The translations under genes were made by a program, and so were the position numbers. A stretch of DNA of 61,574 nt, the filler included, from Pirum gemmata (lineage: Eukaryota), in assembly GCA_002812295.1 (NCBI GenBank). It is 13 parts of 13 records of this genome, joined end to end, with 100 filler letters (N's around TTAATTAATTAA, not from the genome) between each part and the next. Parts side by side here need not be neighbours in the genome. Positions count along the whole stretch, not along the records: positions 57,161 to 61,574 come from PDIN01001165.1; 12 more parts are not named here. One strand, written 5' to 3'. The notes below the pieces were generated by a model. That model saw nothing but the letters and a program-made list of their open reading frames with translations. It was not told the DNA's origin and searched no databases. Below are positions 59,130 to 61,574 of the stretch, piece after piece (within the stretch, counting starts at the first letter, position 1; each line of letters begins with the position of its first letter).

Positions 59130-59640
59130 CACCCAAGTTATTTAATACCTTCATTTATAAAATTAAGATCAATAACTGTAAAACAGGGAAGGAGGGAAGG
59201 GGGGTGTTGTAAATATAAAATTATCTCAAGTTATATATATATTATACTCAGGTAAAAAGTTATTAATTTAATGACCAAGAATAAAAATCTAAACGAATTG
59301 AAAATAATGAAATATTATTCTGTAATAATAAATTAAAAAACTAATATAATATCAACCAAAAGTTATTCACTACCTTTATTTATAAAATTAATGTTAATAA
59401 AAGTAAAGCAGATGAAAGTGATGTTTGTTGTAAATATAAAATTATCTCGAATTATACATTATGACGGGTTAAAAACTTGACATTTCAATGACAACGAATG
59501 AAACCCAAAACGATTAAAAATAATGAAATAGGTTATATTAATTAAATTTAAAATTAATTATAAAACTAATAAAACATAAATCTAAAAATCAGTTATTTAA
59601 AATACCTTTATTTATAAAATTAATATCAATAATAGCAAAA
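59130..59640. repeat. Degenerate ~225-bp tandem repeat between convergent genes
   Basis: AGTTATT..TACCTT.ATTTATAAAATTAA occurs at ~59136, 59360 and 59591. Confidence 0.7.
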
Positions 59641-59927
59641 CATATTGTTTTGCTCTTCACCTAGTTTATAAGAGCATTACATATGCCTCTATCTGGATGG
59701 AAAAAGATTTTGATTTGAAGGGGAAGAAAAAACACAAAACATAAGCCCAGCTTATTAATGTTGCAATATAAGAGAAAGATGGAGGATGGAGGAGGATGGA
59801 GGAGGATGGAGGAGGATGGAGGATGGAGGATGGAGGATGGAGGATGGAGGATGGAGGATGATGGATGATGGATGAGCGATGAAGGATTAGTTACACGCAG
59901 AACTATGTCATCAAATCAATTTAACAA

Positions 59928-61204
59928 TCAGCATTGTGACACACACACTGTCCCGTTGGGAGACCAGTCGGAAGATTCAAACAGGTGACTCATACTCACA
60001 CGACGACGAGGAATATTGTTATTGTTACCAGTAAACATCCCAGACGCAAGAGCCACAGACTCTGTGCCCATTTCATCCATTTCCGGCAGACAAGAGTCAA
60101 AATTATTGAATTTTCTTTTTGGTTGTCGCTCTATCGGTGTAGGAATTTTTTTCTTGGTCGTATTGTTTGTATTGAAATTTTGCGGGGCTACTGGAGTCGA
60201 AAAAGCCCGAAACCGACCTTTTTTCACCCCAGTTTGAGGTTCGGTATTTAATGAGGTATGGGGGTCAAAACCTGTGTTAAAGTTTAGCCCATGTTCTTGG
60301 GAAACATCAGATTGCTGTTGCAAATCACCAAATGAACCAAGTAAATCTTTGAATAATCTTTCGCCTTCGTCTTCAATTTTGGCCACTAAATGGAATGATG
60401 ATACTGTTAAGTCAGTATTATATTTCAACTGATTTTCAAGAGATATGGGTGTTTGATGTTCAGGAGCGTTGCCATACAAGCTATCATACGAAAACATATT
60501 CACCCATGTATCCAAGGAATTTCGTCTTCTAGCTGACGGTGAAGGTGTTGTTGTTGTTGTTGTCGGACTAACCCCAAACCCACCTAGGGCAGATTTGGAA
60601 GTGTAAAGAGGGTGAGGATTTTTAACGGACGAATTACTGCTATTTTCATAATGGCCCAGGGGATTTTGATCTGAAGAACATGTTATTTGGTTTTGTTTTG
60701 GTACACAGTCTCCTTTAGTAATTATACTTTCTTTTTTTATTTGCAATTGCTTTTCTATGTGACTTTCACTTAAAGAAGATAGATCCAACTCCGTAAATGA
60801 AACATATTTTTCTACTGCTTTTAACATACGTTTCCTAGCCCCAGAAGTGATAATTCCAACTCTTTCTAAATCTTCATCCTTCATCAACAGCAATTCATTA
60901 AATTGGACATTGTGGGCTTCCAATGACGGTAGATATTTGTGAAGCCGGACAACTCGCAAAAAGGAGGGTACGTCGTATGCCCATTCTTGTGAGAAATTTA
61001 TATTGCCAACAGCATATATCCCTTTCCCAGCTTTCTTTGATGCTTGTTCACAATCATTTTTACATAACTCATTTTCTTGTTTCTCTGACGTAGGTACGTG
61101 ATGTATTTTGAATGAAGAATTACTTTTAGGTTGGGATAGAGATTGTCTTCTACGCCTGGAGGGAACACTTTCCTTCCCATTATTACTATTATTACTATTA
61201 TTAC

Positions 61205-61277
<73 letters not shown>

Positions 61278-61574
61278 ATTGTGGCTTATGTTGTGGTTGT
61301 GATGGCTGTAATGACTGTTGTTATTGTTCCTGTTGTNTGGTGGTTGTTAATACTGTGGTAATGCTTACTATTACTATTAGCGATGGTGGTGCTATTAGTG
61401 TTGGTGTTGATATTGGGATTGGTTGTGTTGATGCCCTTGAACTTGTTATTATTCGGATTCTTGGTATTATTGTTGTTATTCTGAAAATTTCGGCCACCAA
61501 CACTGCCTCTTCTTCTGTTTGGGTATGATTTTTTTTGCCCGTTATTATTAAAAAACTGAGTATCAGTGTTGTTA
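59928..61574 (-). CDS. Smaug/Vts1-type SAM-domain RNA-binding protein, 5'-partial, with Asn-rich N-terminal region
   Basis: DVPSFLRVVRLHKY...DEDLERVGIITSGARKRMLK matches the Vts1/Smaug SAM signature (LRLHKY...GARxK). The frame stays open upstream of 60959 through poly-Asn to the n at 61337, and an open frame continues to the window edge. Confidence 0.82.

Noticed and set aside
1..61574. Gene-sized nanochromosomes, suggested by ~4.4-kb segments with about one gene each and telomeric repeats
   Set aside because: The telomeric arrays are internal or intronic, several genes are cut at segment ends, and the uniform size is explained by length-sorted concatenation.

Overview
This is AT-rich eukaryotic nuclear DNA with GT-AG introns, CTAAC branch points, TTAGGG-type repeats and the standard genetic code. 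It is not one locus. It is 13 unrelated small scaffolds, mostly 4.40-4.46 kb, joined by artificial 100-bp linkers (N44-TTAATTAATTAA-N44). The gene content fits a unicellular opisthokont-like protist, but the organism cannot be determined from the sequence. Exons assembled by hand give: the 3' part of glycyl-tRNA synthetase; a TAF3-like histone-fold protein with a very long Thr/Ala/Pro tract; a divergent secreted thaumatin-like protein; a secreted flavin-dependent oxidoreductase with one frameshift; a 3-exon multipass membrane protein; and a Smaug/Vts1-type SAM protein. Intronless ORFs include an ankyrin protein, a ricin-B lectin-like secreted protein, a secreted and probably anchored 2OG-Fe(II) oxygenase-like protein and another secreted protein. 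There is also one pseudogene. Intergenic DNA holds several MITE families with TA, 7-bp or 8-bp target-site duplications (TSDs). The most notable observations are: (1) 20-41-bp CAAG/CAAAG palindromes with 7-bp TSDs that resemble P-element excision footprints; (2) intronic telomere-derived arrays oriented with CCCTAA on the sense strand, one of them flanked by a 33-bp duplication; (3) a MITE inserted in the TA of a splice donor; (4) two genes with circularly permuted exon order, most likely a scaffolding artefact.
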